A stretch of DNA of 64,000 nt, taken from positions 33,852,001 through 33,916,000 of the forward strand of contig OX597822.1 in NCBI GenBank assembly GCA_951406725.2, given 5' to 3'. Every line of letters starts with the position of its first letter. The stretch's first letter is position 1. The translations under genes were made by a program, and so were the position numbers. The notes under the pieces were generated by a model, which was not told the DNA's origin, did no database searches, and was given only the letters and a program-made list of their open reading frames with translations. Origin of the DNA: Octopus vulgaris (Eukaryota). This document shows, one piece after another, positions 13,653 through 26,977 of this stretch.

Positions 13653-14255
13653 TTTTTGTTTAAATATTGTAAAATTTACTTTACACGTCAGCCTATTTAA
13701 ATTTTTAAAAATTATATAGATTAAAAATATTTAAAATTATGCAGCAGAGGTGACCAGCTAGTCGGCAGATCATTCTTGAAAGAAGTCAACGTATTCTTTT
13801 GTCTGAAATTCAGATTTTGTTCTGATTCACACATAAACATTAGCATATATGCAAAATATATTGATTTCTTTTCTCTTCGGAACTTGGTCAAGTTTAATAT
13901 GTTTATAGAAAGTAGAGTTATGTAGTTAATTTGAATAGAATTTTACCTATCACAGGCATACATACCTCAACTTATATTCATCGTTTCGAGTTACGCCTAT
14001 TATTTGGCTTTATGTCGTTTAGCTTTTCAAAGAAAGTATTGGAGAAATAAATCTCAACTTTATTTGACTTACCCGACTTTACGTCAGTCCCAGTGAACAC
14101 ATTTAAAAGCATTAAAGTAAAAATAAAAAGTGATGACATACTGAAGTTGAAAATCAAATAAAATACATGAGAACAGTTATGTACAAATCATTTATTAAAA
14201 ATAATGCAGCTGATAATTTTTAGAAAAAAATGTACATAGTTACGAAGCCAACAGA

Positions 14256-14706
14256 AAGATTTTGAGTCCAGCACTGCAGCTCCAGTAGACTTGAGTCACT
14301 TTTCACTGATTCAAGAAAGAATACACTGGATGGTTTCCCGATGGCTTCTCAGAGCCTATACAGAGATTTTGAGCCCAGCAATGCAGCTCCAGAAGACTTG
14401 AGTCACTTTTCACTGATTCAAGAAACAATACACTGTATGGTTTCCCGATGGCTTCTCAGAGCCTATCCAGAGATGTTGAGCCCAGCAATGCAGCTCCAGA
14501 AGACTTGAGTCACTTTTCACTGATTCAAGAAACAATACACTGTATGGTTTCCCGATGGCTTCTCAGAGCCTATCCAGAGATGTTGAGCCCAGCAATGCAG
14601 CTCCAGAAGACTTGAGTCACTTTTCACTGATTCAAGAAACAATACACTGTATGGTTTCCCGATGGCTTCTCAGAGCCTATCCAGAGATGTTGAGCCCAGC
14701 ACTGCG
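14256..14706. repeat. 107 bp minisatellite, ~4.2 copies
   Basis: TCCAG(T/A)AGAC recurs at 14281, 14388, 14495 and 14602. Inner copies are nearly identical. Confidence 0.95.
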
Positions 14707-14749
14707 AGTATAAGAGGAAAGATGGGGGTGTGGTTAATAATCCTTATCT

Positions 14750-15140
14750 TTTTATTATTTTACTTGTTTCAGTCATTCAACTGCGGCCATGCTGGGGCAC
14801 CGCATTGAAGGATTTCAGTCGAACAAATCGAACCTAATACTTATTTTCAAAGGCTGGTATTTATTCTATCGCTCTCGTTTGCCGAACCACTAAGTTACAG
14901 GGTCGTAAACAAACCATCATTGTCAAGCAATGATGGAGGACAAACACATACACAGAGGCACACATAGATATATATACACACATATACATAATTAATAGCG
15001 ACAGAAACAGTGTCAATACCAAAAAGTAATATTTATCTCGCACTCAACGTGGATGTTGAGTCAGAAGACACACCCGCCCAAGGTGCCACGCAATGGGATA
15101 GAACCCAGCACCATGTGGTTGAGAAACAAACTTCTTATGA
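14750..15140 (-). mobile_element. SINE family A, diverged
   Basis: Tail and head segments are both recognisable. Confidence 0.7.
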
Positions 15141-15318
15141 TCGCTTCACATCTGCATGGCTTCAGGTTCAACCCGACAGTACGAGTGTCTTGTATCTTAG
15201 CATCAGGACGACCAAACCCTTGTGAGTGGATGCTGCAACTAGAATTCTCTTTCCGCTACCATCATTACCTCGACTATTCTCATAGGCTCTGCACAAAGGT
15301 CGCAAAGGGCTGTACGTT

Positions 15319-15489
15319 CAGTGGCGTATCTAGAGTATGTGCCGCCCGGTGCAGCCTTTAAGTTTTACACCAGCCCCAGAGTATAAACCCACACACGCTT
15401 ATACTGCAGACCCAAAAGTGTCACACCTATAAAAACGTTCCTGGGGTGATCCGCCCTTTACTCCCATACCACCTAGGTATATGCTCTTG
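15319..15489. mobile_element. Degenerate MITE-like repeat
   Basis: The end CAGTGGCGTATCTAG..TGTGCCGCCC is similar to the reverse complement of ~32185-32298. Confidence 0.4.
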
Positions 15490-15518
15490 TGGGCGCTGCC
15501 CTTCTTTTACACCAGTCT

Positions 15519-15925
15519 ACACTCTTTTACTCTTTTCTCTTTTACTTGTTTCAGTCATTTGACTGCGGCCATGCTGGAGCACCGCCTTTTTTAATCGAGC
15601 AACTCGACCCCGGGACTTATTCTTTTTGTAAGCCTAGTACTTATTCTATCGGTCTCTTTTGCCGAACCGCTAAGTAACGGGGACATAAACACACCAGTAT
15701 CGGTTGTCAAGCAATGCTAGGGGGACAAACACACTCACACAAACACACACATGCATATATATATATATACATATATACGATGGGCTTCTTTCAGTTTCCG
15801 TCTACCAAATCCACTCACAAGGCTTTGGTCGGCCCGAGGCTATAGTAGAAGACACTTGCCCAAGGTGCCACGCAGTGGGACTGAACCCGGAACCATGTGG
15901 TTGGTAAACAAGCTACTTACCACAC
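15519..15925 (-). mobile_element. SINE family A
   Basis: Near-identical to the reverse complement of 30538-30935. Confidence 0.9.
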
Positions 15926-16384
15926 AAAATAAAACACCACCTGTTCGGAAAATATTGCATATCATCTTCGTTCCTGTTCCAACATTTTACCAAATCCACA
16001 TTATATTACAAATTTCGAAATTGGTTTTTGCTATTTTAAAATTGCTTTCTCGTCACAAAACACAGACAAGGAAACAAAACTGAAATAAAATGGAAACAGC
16101 AAAAAAAAAACAAACAAACAACAAAAACGATATCAATTTATTACTTGTGGACCTTAAATCTAAAAATACTAGTCATTGCAAAGAGTAAATAGCTTATGTT
16201 TAAATGTTGCAGAGTGTGATATATGGACGGAGTAGCTAATGGAACGGGGGCAAGGTTCATATATTGAATAACAGACAGGAAGGAAGTCTAAATCTGGCAA
16301 ATGCAACGAAACACAGAAAAAACTGAATAGCAATAATAGAATAACAGCAATAATAGTAGTAACAATAATGTAATAGTAATGCTT

Positions 16385-16760
16385 CATCATCCTCTTCTCC
16401 TCATTTTTCTCCTACCCCCTCATTTTTCTCCTACCCCCTCATTTTCCTCCTCCTTTCCTCCTCTTTTTTCTCCTCCCCTCATTTTCCTCCTTCCATCGTT
16501 TTTCTCCTCCCTTCATTTTCCTCCTTTTCTCCTTTTCTTTCTCCTCCCCTCATTTTCCTCTTCATCTCCTCCTTTTCCTCCTCCTCCCTTCATTTTCCTC
16601 CTCCTTTCCTCCTTTTCTTGCTCCTCTCCTCCTTTTCCTCCTCCCCTCATTTTCCTTCTCTCCTCATTTTTTCTCCTCCTCTCCTCCTTTTCCTCCTCCT
16701 GCCATCATCTTCTACCTCCTTTTCCTATCCCACTCTTACTTTTCCTCCTCCTCTCCTCAT
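16385..16760. repeat. Polypyrimidine (CCT/CTTT) low-complexity tract
   Basis: About 375 nt that are almost entirely C and T. Confidence 0.9.
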
Positions 16761-16839
16761 CATCATTGTGGTTATCATTATTATCAACATCATTCTCAAT
16801 ATCTATATAATAATGATAATAATAATAATAATAATGATG

Positions 16840-16899
<60 letters not shown>

Positions 16900-17209
16900 T
16901 TTTCTACTCTAGGCACAAGGGCCGAAATTTTAAGGGAGAGGACAGTCGATTAGATTGACCCCACAACGCAACTAGCACTCAATTTAACGTTATTGCTTTC
17001 AAATTTTAGTACGAGGCCAGCAATTTCGGGTAGGGACAGTAGATTACATCGAAACCCCACTCTTAACCCCATTGGGCAGCTAGTACTTATTTTGTCGACC
17101 CTGAAAGGATGAAAGGTAAAGCAGACCTCTCCGGCATTTGAACTCAGAACGTAAAGCCAGACGAAACGCCGGAAAGCATGCCAATGATTTGCTAGCTCGC
17201 CGCCTTAAA

Positions 17210-17619
17210 TACTCATTTACTCTTTTACTTGTTTCAGTCATTTGACCGCGGCCATGCTGGAGCACCGCCTTTGGTCGAGCAAATCGACCCCAGTACTTAT
17301 TCTTTGTAAGCCTAGTACATATTCTATCGGTCCTTTGCCGAACCACTAAGTTACGGGAACGTAAACACACCAGCATCGGTTGTCAAGCGATGTTGGGGTG
17401 AACAAACACAGACACAAAAACATATACACACACATACATATATATATACATATATACGACGGGCTTCTTTCAGTTTCCGTCTACCAAATCCACTCAGAAG
17501 GCTTTGGTCGGCCTCAGACCATAGTAGAAGACACTTGCCAAGGTGCCAAGCAGTGGGACTGAACCCGGAACCATGTGGTTGGTAAACAAGCTACTTACCA
17601 CACAGCCACCCTTGCGCCT
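17210..17619 (-). mobile_element. SINE family A
   Basis: Full-length match to the family. Confidence 0.9.
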
Positions 17620-19151
17620 AGATCAATGTAAATATTGATCTCCAAATTTTGGCACAAGACCAGCATGTTGAGTAGTGGGTGGATGGGTGCGTGCGTGCGT
17701 GCGTGTTGTTTATATTGACCCCGACAGGGAAGAAATACAAACTTATCTGTACGCGCGTCAGTGATTGGACAGGTTGTCTGTCATAATATAACCTAAATAT
17801 TTGCTGACATTATAAACTGCTAATGAAGATATTTCATAATTAGTAACGAAGACAGCCTTTATCTTAATGCAGATCTCTAGGTTAATATCAAATTAGATGA
17901 ACAGAATAATATCAAAGTGAATTAGAATGATGTTCAACCATATTTGTTTTGCTTAAAAGATTAAAAAAATCAGATTCTTTTTAACCGTATGGATTTGTCA
18001 AAGCTTCTAATAATCATAGAGATCTGTAGAATCAAAGAAGATAAATATCTTAATTGGAACACTCAAATACACACTGGAATCATGCTGCTAAAATGGTTTA
18101 TGATTGTTTGGTAAGTAAGCAGAATTGTTATAATAGTTATGTGTTGTATCCTCTGGATATATGAGAAATAATTCTGTTGATTGAGGTCGCTGTGCATCGA
18201 GAAAAATATACTGGAATTTGCGAAGTGTTTTGTTAAAATTATTGCAAAGAAAAAGAAGAAAAAAATCGATCGTATGTTTGGAGTAGACAGTTATAAAATT
18301 TATGTTACACGTCAAGAAAGCCAAACCTTTTTATGACCTTCACAATATTGAAAATATATTTTCAATAGAGCCTCAAGACTAATGGGTATAAAATCGAGCT
18401 CTAATCGGCTCCAGGCTATGGCCTACAGACCTTTCTTTACCTCAGATGCTGCTACAGTAGACAAGATAGATTTTGCTCCAAGGAATTGTTTGGGCTCATG
18501 CTACCTCCACTCAAGCCTACCCTTTCCACTAGGCTCTCATATTTTCATCATTCTTGCAGAATTCACTCCCGCCAACCACTACCACGCCGCGCACTGATCG
18601 CTACGCCTAGACCTTACTTACGAGAACTTGGGTTCTCTGAAATTTCCTCCTTCCTCATTTCTTTTCCGCAGGTATTGGCTAACAAATGTTCAATGACATC
18701 AATCGCAAAAGTCGAGAACGCCATGGACATTACCTGTTCCTTCCAGACCCAGCAGATAAAAGAATTCTTAGAGTTAATCAAGTATACTTTTTAACATATA
18801 AAAAGCGTTCAGACATCAAAGAATACGCCTCATAGCATTAAATCGTAGATTCTAGTTATCAACATATAAATACCATTTGCTATTACGATGCCTTACCGTC
18901 CATATCCTTCGCTCAATTCAATATCACTTTTAAATCCCTTATAATTGCCTCCAAAATACCTTAGTCTATTGATAAATATCTTAAAATATTTCTCCGAAAA
19001 TCAGTCTATAAATATTAATGGGTCTCAAAACTAGATTCAAAGACTAAATGTAAATAGACGAAGTATAATATTCATTCGAAGTAGGAGGTGGTATAAAACA
19101 TTATTTAGAGTGGATCTCTGCAGTAAACGTAAGTATATATATATATGAATA

Positions 19152-19729
<578 letters not shown>

Positions 19730-20007
19730 CAATAGAACAACAAGACTAATAGGTATAAATATGTTCGCCGCCAATGCGTTCGTAAACTAAATCAATTTAC
19801 AATGTACATTAGACGTAAACGATTGTTATGCTAATTCAACCCCACCGTAGATAATAATGCGATAATTCTCATCAACTATCAGTTACCCTGTATTTTATTA
19901 CTAACGCGAAATTGCATGTATAACTGCAGTTGTTACGCTTATAGCTACTGAATTGAATATTTGACATATTTTAACCCTTATTTCTGTTACCTAATTACTG
20001 ACGTACC

Positions 20008-20425
20008 TATTTCTTTACTGCCCACAAGGGACTAAACACAGAGAGGACAAACAAGGACAGACAAACGGATCAAGTCGATTATATCGACCCCAGTGCGTAA
20101 CTGGTACTTATTTAATCGAACCCGAAAGGATGAAAATCAAAGTTGACCTCGGCGGAATTTGAACTCAGAACGTAGCGGCAGACGAAATACCTATTTCTTT
20201 ACTCTGCACAATGGGCTAAACACAGAGAGGACAATCAAAGACAGACAAACGGATTAAGTCGATTAGATCGACCCCAGTGCGTAACTGGTACTTAATTTAT
20301 CGACCCCGAAAGGATGAAAGGCAAAGTCGACCTCGGCGGAATTTGAACTCAGAACGTAACGACAGACAAAATACCGCTAAGCATTTCGCCCGGCGAGCTA
20401 ACGTTTCTGCCAGCTCGCCACCTTA
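20008..20425 (-). mobile_element. SINE family B dimer
   Basis: Two cores, with a 15 bp TSD AATTAC(T/A)GACGTACC (19993-20007 and 20426-20440). Confidence 0.92.
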
Positions 20426-20651
20426 AATTACAGACGTACCGGCAGTGTGTAATATTCATGCTGAAATTTACTACGTGGTATATCTAAATATTTTGGCCGT
20501 CATTGATAGAACTGTTATCTCCCAGCCATAATGTAGTTGATAATTTTTGATTTTTAAAAATACTTTTATTTTTAGACGTGTTGTTATTTTCTTATTTCCT
20601 TTGACGTAAGCTGCTAAATTTAGCCTGAACACCCTGTGTGTATGTATGTGC

Positions 20652-20695
<44 letters not shown>

Positions 20696-20823
20696 CGGGA
20701 AGCTTTATGAAAATAGACAAAAGACGAAGGCAGGTTTACGGAAATAAACAAAAGACGAAGGCAGGTGGAATACAAACAAACAATTGTATTAGTATGGCGC
20801 TCAGGAAATATAAATAAAACAAG

Positions 20824-20860
20824 TCTTTAACGTTTCGAGCCTACGCTCTTCAACAGAAAA
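20824..20860 (-). ncRNA. Minimal hammerhead-like motif with variant core, in a repeat at 20695-20880
   Basis: The reverse strand reads TTTT-CTGTTGA-A-GAGCGTAGGCTC-GAAA-CGT-T-AAAG. Same family as 45215-45408; a third, truncated copy lies at ~37708-37808. Confidence 0.55.
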
Positions 20861-20910
20861 ATACACAGAGAAGAAACATATATATATATATATATATGTG
20901 TGTGTATATG

Positions 20911-20978
<68 letters not shown>

Positions 20979-21032
20979 TAAATACATACGCACACACACA
21001 TATATACAAATGCACATACATATATACATACA

Positions 21033-21195
21033 CACTGGTGCCAAGCTGTATCGGCCTTTGCCTTTCCTTTGGATAACATCAGTGATGTGGAGAGGAGAGG
21101 CTGGTATGCATGGCCCACGCATACCAGCCTCCCCTCTCTATGCCATTGATGTTATCCAAGGGAAAGGTAAAGGCCGATACAGCTTGGCACCAGTG
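21033..21195. repeat. Long foldback (~77 bp arms, 9 nt loop)
   Basis: CACTGGTGCCAAGCTGTATCGGCC...GGCTGGTATGC / GCATACCAGCC...GGCCGATACAGCTTGGCACCAGTG. Confidence 0.92.
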
Positions 21196-21212
21196 ACGTA
21201 GCAGCTCATTTA

Positions 21213-21505
21213 TTAACGTGTAAGTGGCTGAGCACTTCACAGACACGTGTACCTACCCATAACGTAGTTTTCGGAGAGATTCAGTGTGACACAGAGTGTG
21301 ACAAGGCTGGCCCTTTGAAATACAAGTACAACAGAAACAGGAAGAAAGAGTGAGAGAAAGTTGTGGTGAAAGAGCACAGCAGGGTTCACCCCCACCCCTG
21401 CCGGAGCCTCGTGGAGCTTTAGGTGTTTTCGCTCAATAAACACTCACAATGCCCGGTCTGGGAATCGAAACCGCGATCCTACGACCGCGAGTCCGCTGCC
21501 CTAAC
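21213..21505 (-). mobile_element. SINE family C, partial
   Basis: Reverse complement of ~47430-47718. Confidence 0.85.
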
Positions 21506-21933
21506 ATCCACGTATATATATATACATACACACATGTGTGTGAAGGCACATGGCCTAGTGGGGCACTCAAGATCGCTAGATCGTAGGTTTCGATTCCCAG
21601 ACCGGTAAGCGCGTTATGTTCTTGAACTAAACGCTTCATTTCGCGTTGCTCCAGTACCCTCTTCGATCAGGGAGTGGGAAATGTTGGCCTTCTCGACTAC
21701 CCAGCGAGGGCTAAAATGATGCAAAGCGCATTGTCACCAGCGATGTGTAATAACATCTGATAATCTGGTCGGCCACGTGATATATATATGTACGTATATA
21801 TACAGTGAATTCGAGGAAGTTAGATTCACATTAGGCATTATATAATCCCCAAAATTCCACTGGTTAATCTGTATCGTAGAATGAGAAAGTCACTGTGATA
21901 TGTTAGGGATTATTGTAGTAATACATAATATAA

Positions 21934-22230
21934 ATATTGAAGGAAAGAAAATAGAGAAAAAATGGATGCTTGAATAATTTATTTGTATGATATAAAGACG
22001 TTGAAATCGTTTTAAAACTAACAATACAAATAAATTATAAGTTGTAAACCTCAAACAGAAAGAAGAGATGTAGTTTTTTCGCATTTCCTATCTTTTATTT
22101 TCTCTTTTTTTTTTGAGCTTTACAATTTATAATTTATTTGTATTTTTATTTTTTTAAATTTCAAGATCTTTATATCATACAAATAAATTATTCATACATC
22201 CATCTTTCTCCATTTTCCTTCTTTCAATAT
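21934..22230. repeat. Diverged AT-rich inverted repeat (~130 bp arms, ~30 nt spacer)
   Basis: TGAATAATTTATTTGTATGATATAAAGA pairs with TCTTTATATCATACAAATAAATTATTCA, with further matches on both sides. Confidence 0.85.
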
Positions 22231-22253
22231 ATATATATATGCGCGCGCGCGTG

Positions 22254-22290
<37 letters not shown>

Positions 22291-22315
22291 ATGTGTGTGT
22301 ATGTATATATGTGCG

Positions 22316-22357
<42 letters not shown>

Positions 22358-22442
22358 TTAGAGACAAAACCACTATTTTGCAAAACAAACAAGGAAAGAC
22401 TTAATCAATACATAAAATTTTAATAAAAAGTCAAAAAAACCG

Positions 22443-22485
22443 CCACTACAATTGTTTCTTGTCCTGATCGACAATCTTCAGGTGG
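22443..22485 (-). ncRNA. Type I hammerhead ribozyme (inverted copy of 25286-25328)
   Basis: Exact reverse complement of the motif at 25286-25328. Confidence 0.85.
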
Positions 22486-25285
22486 ACTTCCAATCTAAAG
22501 TATCAATATTTTAAAATATAAAAATAATAATTTTAAAATAATTAAAGTATTAATGAAAAAATATAAATATATAATCTATATATAACCTATATATAATCCA
22601 TATATAATCAATATATAAACAATATATAAACTAAAATAAACCTATCAACAATTAAATATAAAATATAAAATATAAAATATAAAACAAAACAAAAAATAAA
22701 CTATATATACACCCATACACGTATAACTAATTATATATAACCATATCTAAATACATACACTAAATCACACACCTATATAATTTTAAATGACGTTTGCTTC
22801 CATAGCGCGTATTCTTTTTATACATAAGTTATGTTCCTATGGTAACGTAATTTTGGTTTGATTTTTTTAACGGCTTAGAATTTAATTTCACTTCATAATT
22901 TGAAACTGACTTGAAAGTATGTATATTATTTCTCCTTATGTCATATTGTTATTTTTGATATTCTGGTTAATTACGATGTATTTTATATATCGTTTTATGT
23001 GTAATAATGTTGTTTTTCTTTGGAGTGTTTATGTATGTGAGATTGTGTGTGAGTGTGTGCGTATTTTAGTTGTATAATTTATTTATCTGTATGAGTGTGG
23101 GTGTGTAAATATTGTTGTATATATCGAGTTTAGTGAGTATGTATATGCGTATATGTGAGGGAGTATATGTATATGTTGTGTGTGTGTGTTTTACGTATGT
23201 ATATTTGTGTGTGAATGTGTATATGGGTTTGTTATATAGGTTTGGGGATGTATGTGTTAATTTATCTGTGTGGGGAGGGAGTGGGTTTTTGGTGTATATT
23301 GAGGTTTATAAGTTAGTATAGGTATGTGTGAGTGAGGTGGGTATTTGTATAAGTCGTGGGTCTGTGGTTTACGTGTGTGTATTTGTGTGTGAATGTTTAG
23401 GTTAGGGGGATTGCTATATAGGTTTGTTATAGAGTTTAGCAAAGGGAGATTTTATCATTATATGTTTTTATGAGTTTTGGTTTATCATGGTGGTTTTATT
23501 AAAGAATTCGTGGTAATTTGTCTATTTACGATGTTTGTTGTTTTATTACATTGTTTCATTCATTATTTTTGAGTGGTGTTCGTTTTACCACGTGAATATT
23601 ATTTTTAATTCCATTTATTCCATTTCTCCATTCATAATTTTAAAAGATGTTCGTTTCCAGAGCGGGAATACTTTTTATACATATGTTAGGTTCCTTGGTA
23701 ACGTAATTTTGTTTGGTGTATATGTTGAGGCTTATATGTACTTGTGGGTGTGTGTGAGTGGGGTGGGTGTTTGTATTTGTTATGGGTGTGTGGTTTACGT
23801 GTGTGTATTTGTGTGTGAATGTATAGGTTAAAGGGATTGCTATATAAGTATGTTATAGGGTTTAGTAAAGGGAGGTTTTATCATTTATGTTTTTGTGAGT
23901 TTTAGTTTATCATGGTAGTTTTATTAAAGAATCCATTAATAATTTTTTTAAATAATGTTGGTTTACCGAGTGAATATAATTTTTAATTCCATTTATTCTA
24001 TTTCTCCATTCATAATTTTAAATGACGTTTGCTTCCATAGCGCGTATTCTTTTTATACATAAGTTATGTTCCTATGGTAACGTAATTTTGGTTTGATGTT
24101 TTTAACGGCTTAGAATTTAATTTCACTTCATAATTTGAAACTGACTTGAAAGTATGTATATTATTTCTCCTTATGTCATATTGTTATTTTTGATATTCTG
24201 GTTACTTACGATGTATTTTATATATCGTATTATGTGTAATAATGTTGTTTTTCTTTGGAGTGTTTATGTATGTGGGATTGTGTGTGAGTGTGTGCGTATT
24301 TTGGTTGTGTAGTTTGTTTGTCTGTATGAGTGTGGGTGTGTTAATATTGTTGTATATGTCGAGTTTGGTGAGTATATATATGTATATGGTGTGTGTTTTA
24401 CGTATGTATATTTGTGTGTGAATGTGTTTATGGGTTTGCTATATAGGTTTGGGGATGTATGTGTTTGTTTGTTTGTGTGAGGTTGAGTGGGTTTTTGGAG
24501 TATATGTTGAGGTTTATATGTATGTATAGGTATGTGTGAGTGAGGTGGGTATTTGTATATGTCGTGGGTGTGTGGTTTACGTGTGTGTATTTGTGTGTGA
24601 ATGTTTAGGTTAGGGGGATTGCTATATAGGTATGTTATAGAGTTTAGTAAAGGGAGATTTTATCATTATATGTTTTTATGAGTTTTAGTTTATCATGGTA
24701 GTTTTGTTAAGGAATTCGTAGTAATTTGTGTCTATTTGCGATGTCTGTTGTTTTATTGCATTATTTCATTCATAATTTTTAAGTAATGTTCGTTTTACCA
24801 AGTGAATATAATTTTTAATTCCATTTATTCCATTTCTCCATTCATAATTTTAAATGATGTCCGTTTCTAGAGCGGGAATGTGGGTTGTATGTGTGTGTGA
24901 GGGAGTATGAATAAGTATTGTGTTGAAGTATTTGGCTATTTTATTTATTTATCGTTGCCTAGACGTTTTTATGTGTATGTATAGGGATATATATATAGGT
25001 GTGTGATTTAGTGTATGTATTTAGATATGGTTATATATAATTAGTTATATGTGTATGGGTGTATATATAGTTTATTTTTTGTTTTGTTTTATATTTTATA
25101 TTTTATATTTTATATTTAATTGTTGATAGGTTTATTTTAGTTTATATATTGTTTATATATTGATTATATATGGATTATATATAGGTTATATATTGATTAT
25201 ATATTTATATTTTTTCATTAATACTTTAATTATTTTAAAATTATTATTTTTATATTTTAAAATATTGATATTTTAGATTGGAAGT

Positions 25286-25328
25286 CCACCTGAAGATTGT
25301 CGATCAGGACAAGAAACAATTGTAGTGG
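25286..25328 (+). ncRNA. Type I hammerhead ribozyme (minimal, palindromic stem III)
   Basis: CCAC-CTGAAGA-TTGTC(GATCAG)GACAA-GAAA-CAATTG-TA-GTGG. The core is complete, with 4 bp stem I, 5 bp stem II and a GUA cleavage triplet. Confidence 0.85.
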
Positions 25329-25496
25329 CGGTTTTTTTGACTTTTTATTAAAATTTTATGTATTGATTAAGTCTTTCCTTGTTTGTTTTGCAAAATAGTG
25401 GTTTTGTCTCTAATAATATTATATAATATTTTACTATAAAATTGGATTTAATCCTAAATCTGATTTTTTCCCTGTAAATTTGGATTTATTCCCTAA

Positions 25497-25548
<52 letters not shown>

Positions 25549-25699
25549 CAAAAACGTATATGCATGTATGTACGTATGTATGTATATATATATATATATA
25601 TATGCATATACATACATATATGTATATGTATACACACACATAAATAAACGTATACACACACAAACACATATATATATATACACATATTACGTAATCTGT

Positions 25700-26110
25700 C
25701 AGACTATCGGACGTTGTTATACATCGCTAGTCACAACGCACTTTGCAACGTTTTATCTTTTGAATGCTGCCACTCCGATGGCTCGGTGAGTAGGCCAACA
25801 TTCCCCCTCATAGGAAGGCTAGTCTGCTGCATATACACATATACACATATGTATGTATGTCTGTATGAAAACGCGGGGGCGTTGGTTGGTGTCAGGGTGC
25901 GCAGGAAAACCTCCGCGAGTGAGGAACCCCTAGTTGTTGTCTTAGTATTCTTCTAAAAGTGGAACATTTTGATGTAAAACCTGCAGTTTCACGTGATTAC
26001 CGATCATCTCGCTTTGGCCAGTTACTGGATACTAAACACTGTGACTAAGAGAATGGTACTCGTCTTTTACAAGCATTTATCACCATAATACGAAGACGTA
26101 CAGATGTCTC
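25700..26110 (+). pseudogene. Highly degenerate Gypsy-like RNase H fragment
   Basis: FHVITDHLAL at 25987-26016 matches the Gypsy RNase H F-x-V-x-TDH-x-AL motif. The surrounding frame is broken. Confidence 0.45.
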
Positions 26111-26137
26111 TTTAGGACAACTTCATTCACCATTCCA

Positions 26138-26367
26138 ATTTCTCTACTAACCACAAGGGGCTAAACACAAAGAGGACAAACAAGGACAGACAAATGGATT
26201 AAGTCGATTACATCGACTCCAGTGCGTAACTGGTACTTATTTAATCGACCCCGAAAGGATGAAAGGCAAAGTCGACCTCGGCGGAATTTGAACGCAGAAT
26301 GTAACGGTAGACGAAATACCGCTCAGCATTTCGCCTGGCGTGCTAACGGTTCAGCCAGCTCGCCGCC
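26138..26367 (-). mobile_element. SINE family B monomer
   Basis: 16 bp TSD TTCATTCACCATTCCA (26122-26137 and 26368-26383). Confidence 0.92.
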
Positions 26368-26703
26368 TTCATTCACCATTCCATCTACCGAAAGTCTTTT
26401 AACGATGGAAGAATGACAACATATGCAGACCTAACCAGTTGGAAGCGCACAGTAAGTTATATCCTTCTGTCACCTATGCTACAAACCACGCAGATCTGCA
26501 ACGGATTTGAAATACCGACCATAAACGGAAAGTAAGGAATGTAATTGACGTCGTGGAAGCATCAGGAAACAGCAATTATCTGTGAAATTGGAACAATCAT
26601 CGTGTATGCATGCGTGTACAAACAAATTTCAGTTCTCTAATGAACATCGGCGGAGCTACTGTTCATTAGAAGACTGCAAAATCTTCGAAATTCATTCTGC
26701 TCT

Positions 26704-26741
<38 letters not shown>

Positions 26742-26743
26742 TG

Positions 26744-26795
<52 letters not shown>

Positions 26796-26809
26796 CATAT
26801 ATATACACG

Positions 26810-26883
<74 letters not shown>

Positions 26884-26977
26884 ATGCGTGTGTGTGCGTG
26901 TGTGTGTATATACATATATATATATATATTATATATATATATATGTATATATATGTGTGTGTGTATGCATACATATA

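Larger units (their letters stand above)
22346..25505 (+). mobile_element. Non-autonomous Penelope-like/retrozyme-like element with inverted pseudo-LTR arms
   Basis: 22346-22779 is a near-perfect reverse complement of 24992-25425, and each arm holds a hammerhead motif. The core is non-coding and internally duplicated, with (TA)n on both flanks. Confidence 0.75.

Noticed and set aside
14256-14706. CRISPR-like array
   Set aside because: Whole units are repeated with no unique spacers, there are no cas genes, and the context is eukaryotic.
18650-18794. Terminal exon after the acceptor CTTCCTCATTTCTTTTCCGCAG
   Set aside because: It has only a 40-codon frame with no recognisable protein, and an acceptor alone is not enough evidence.
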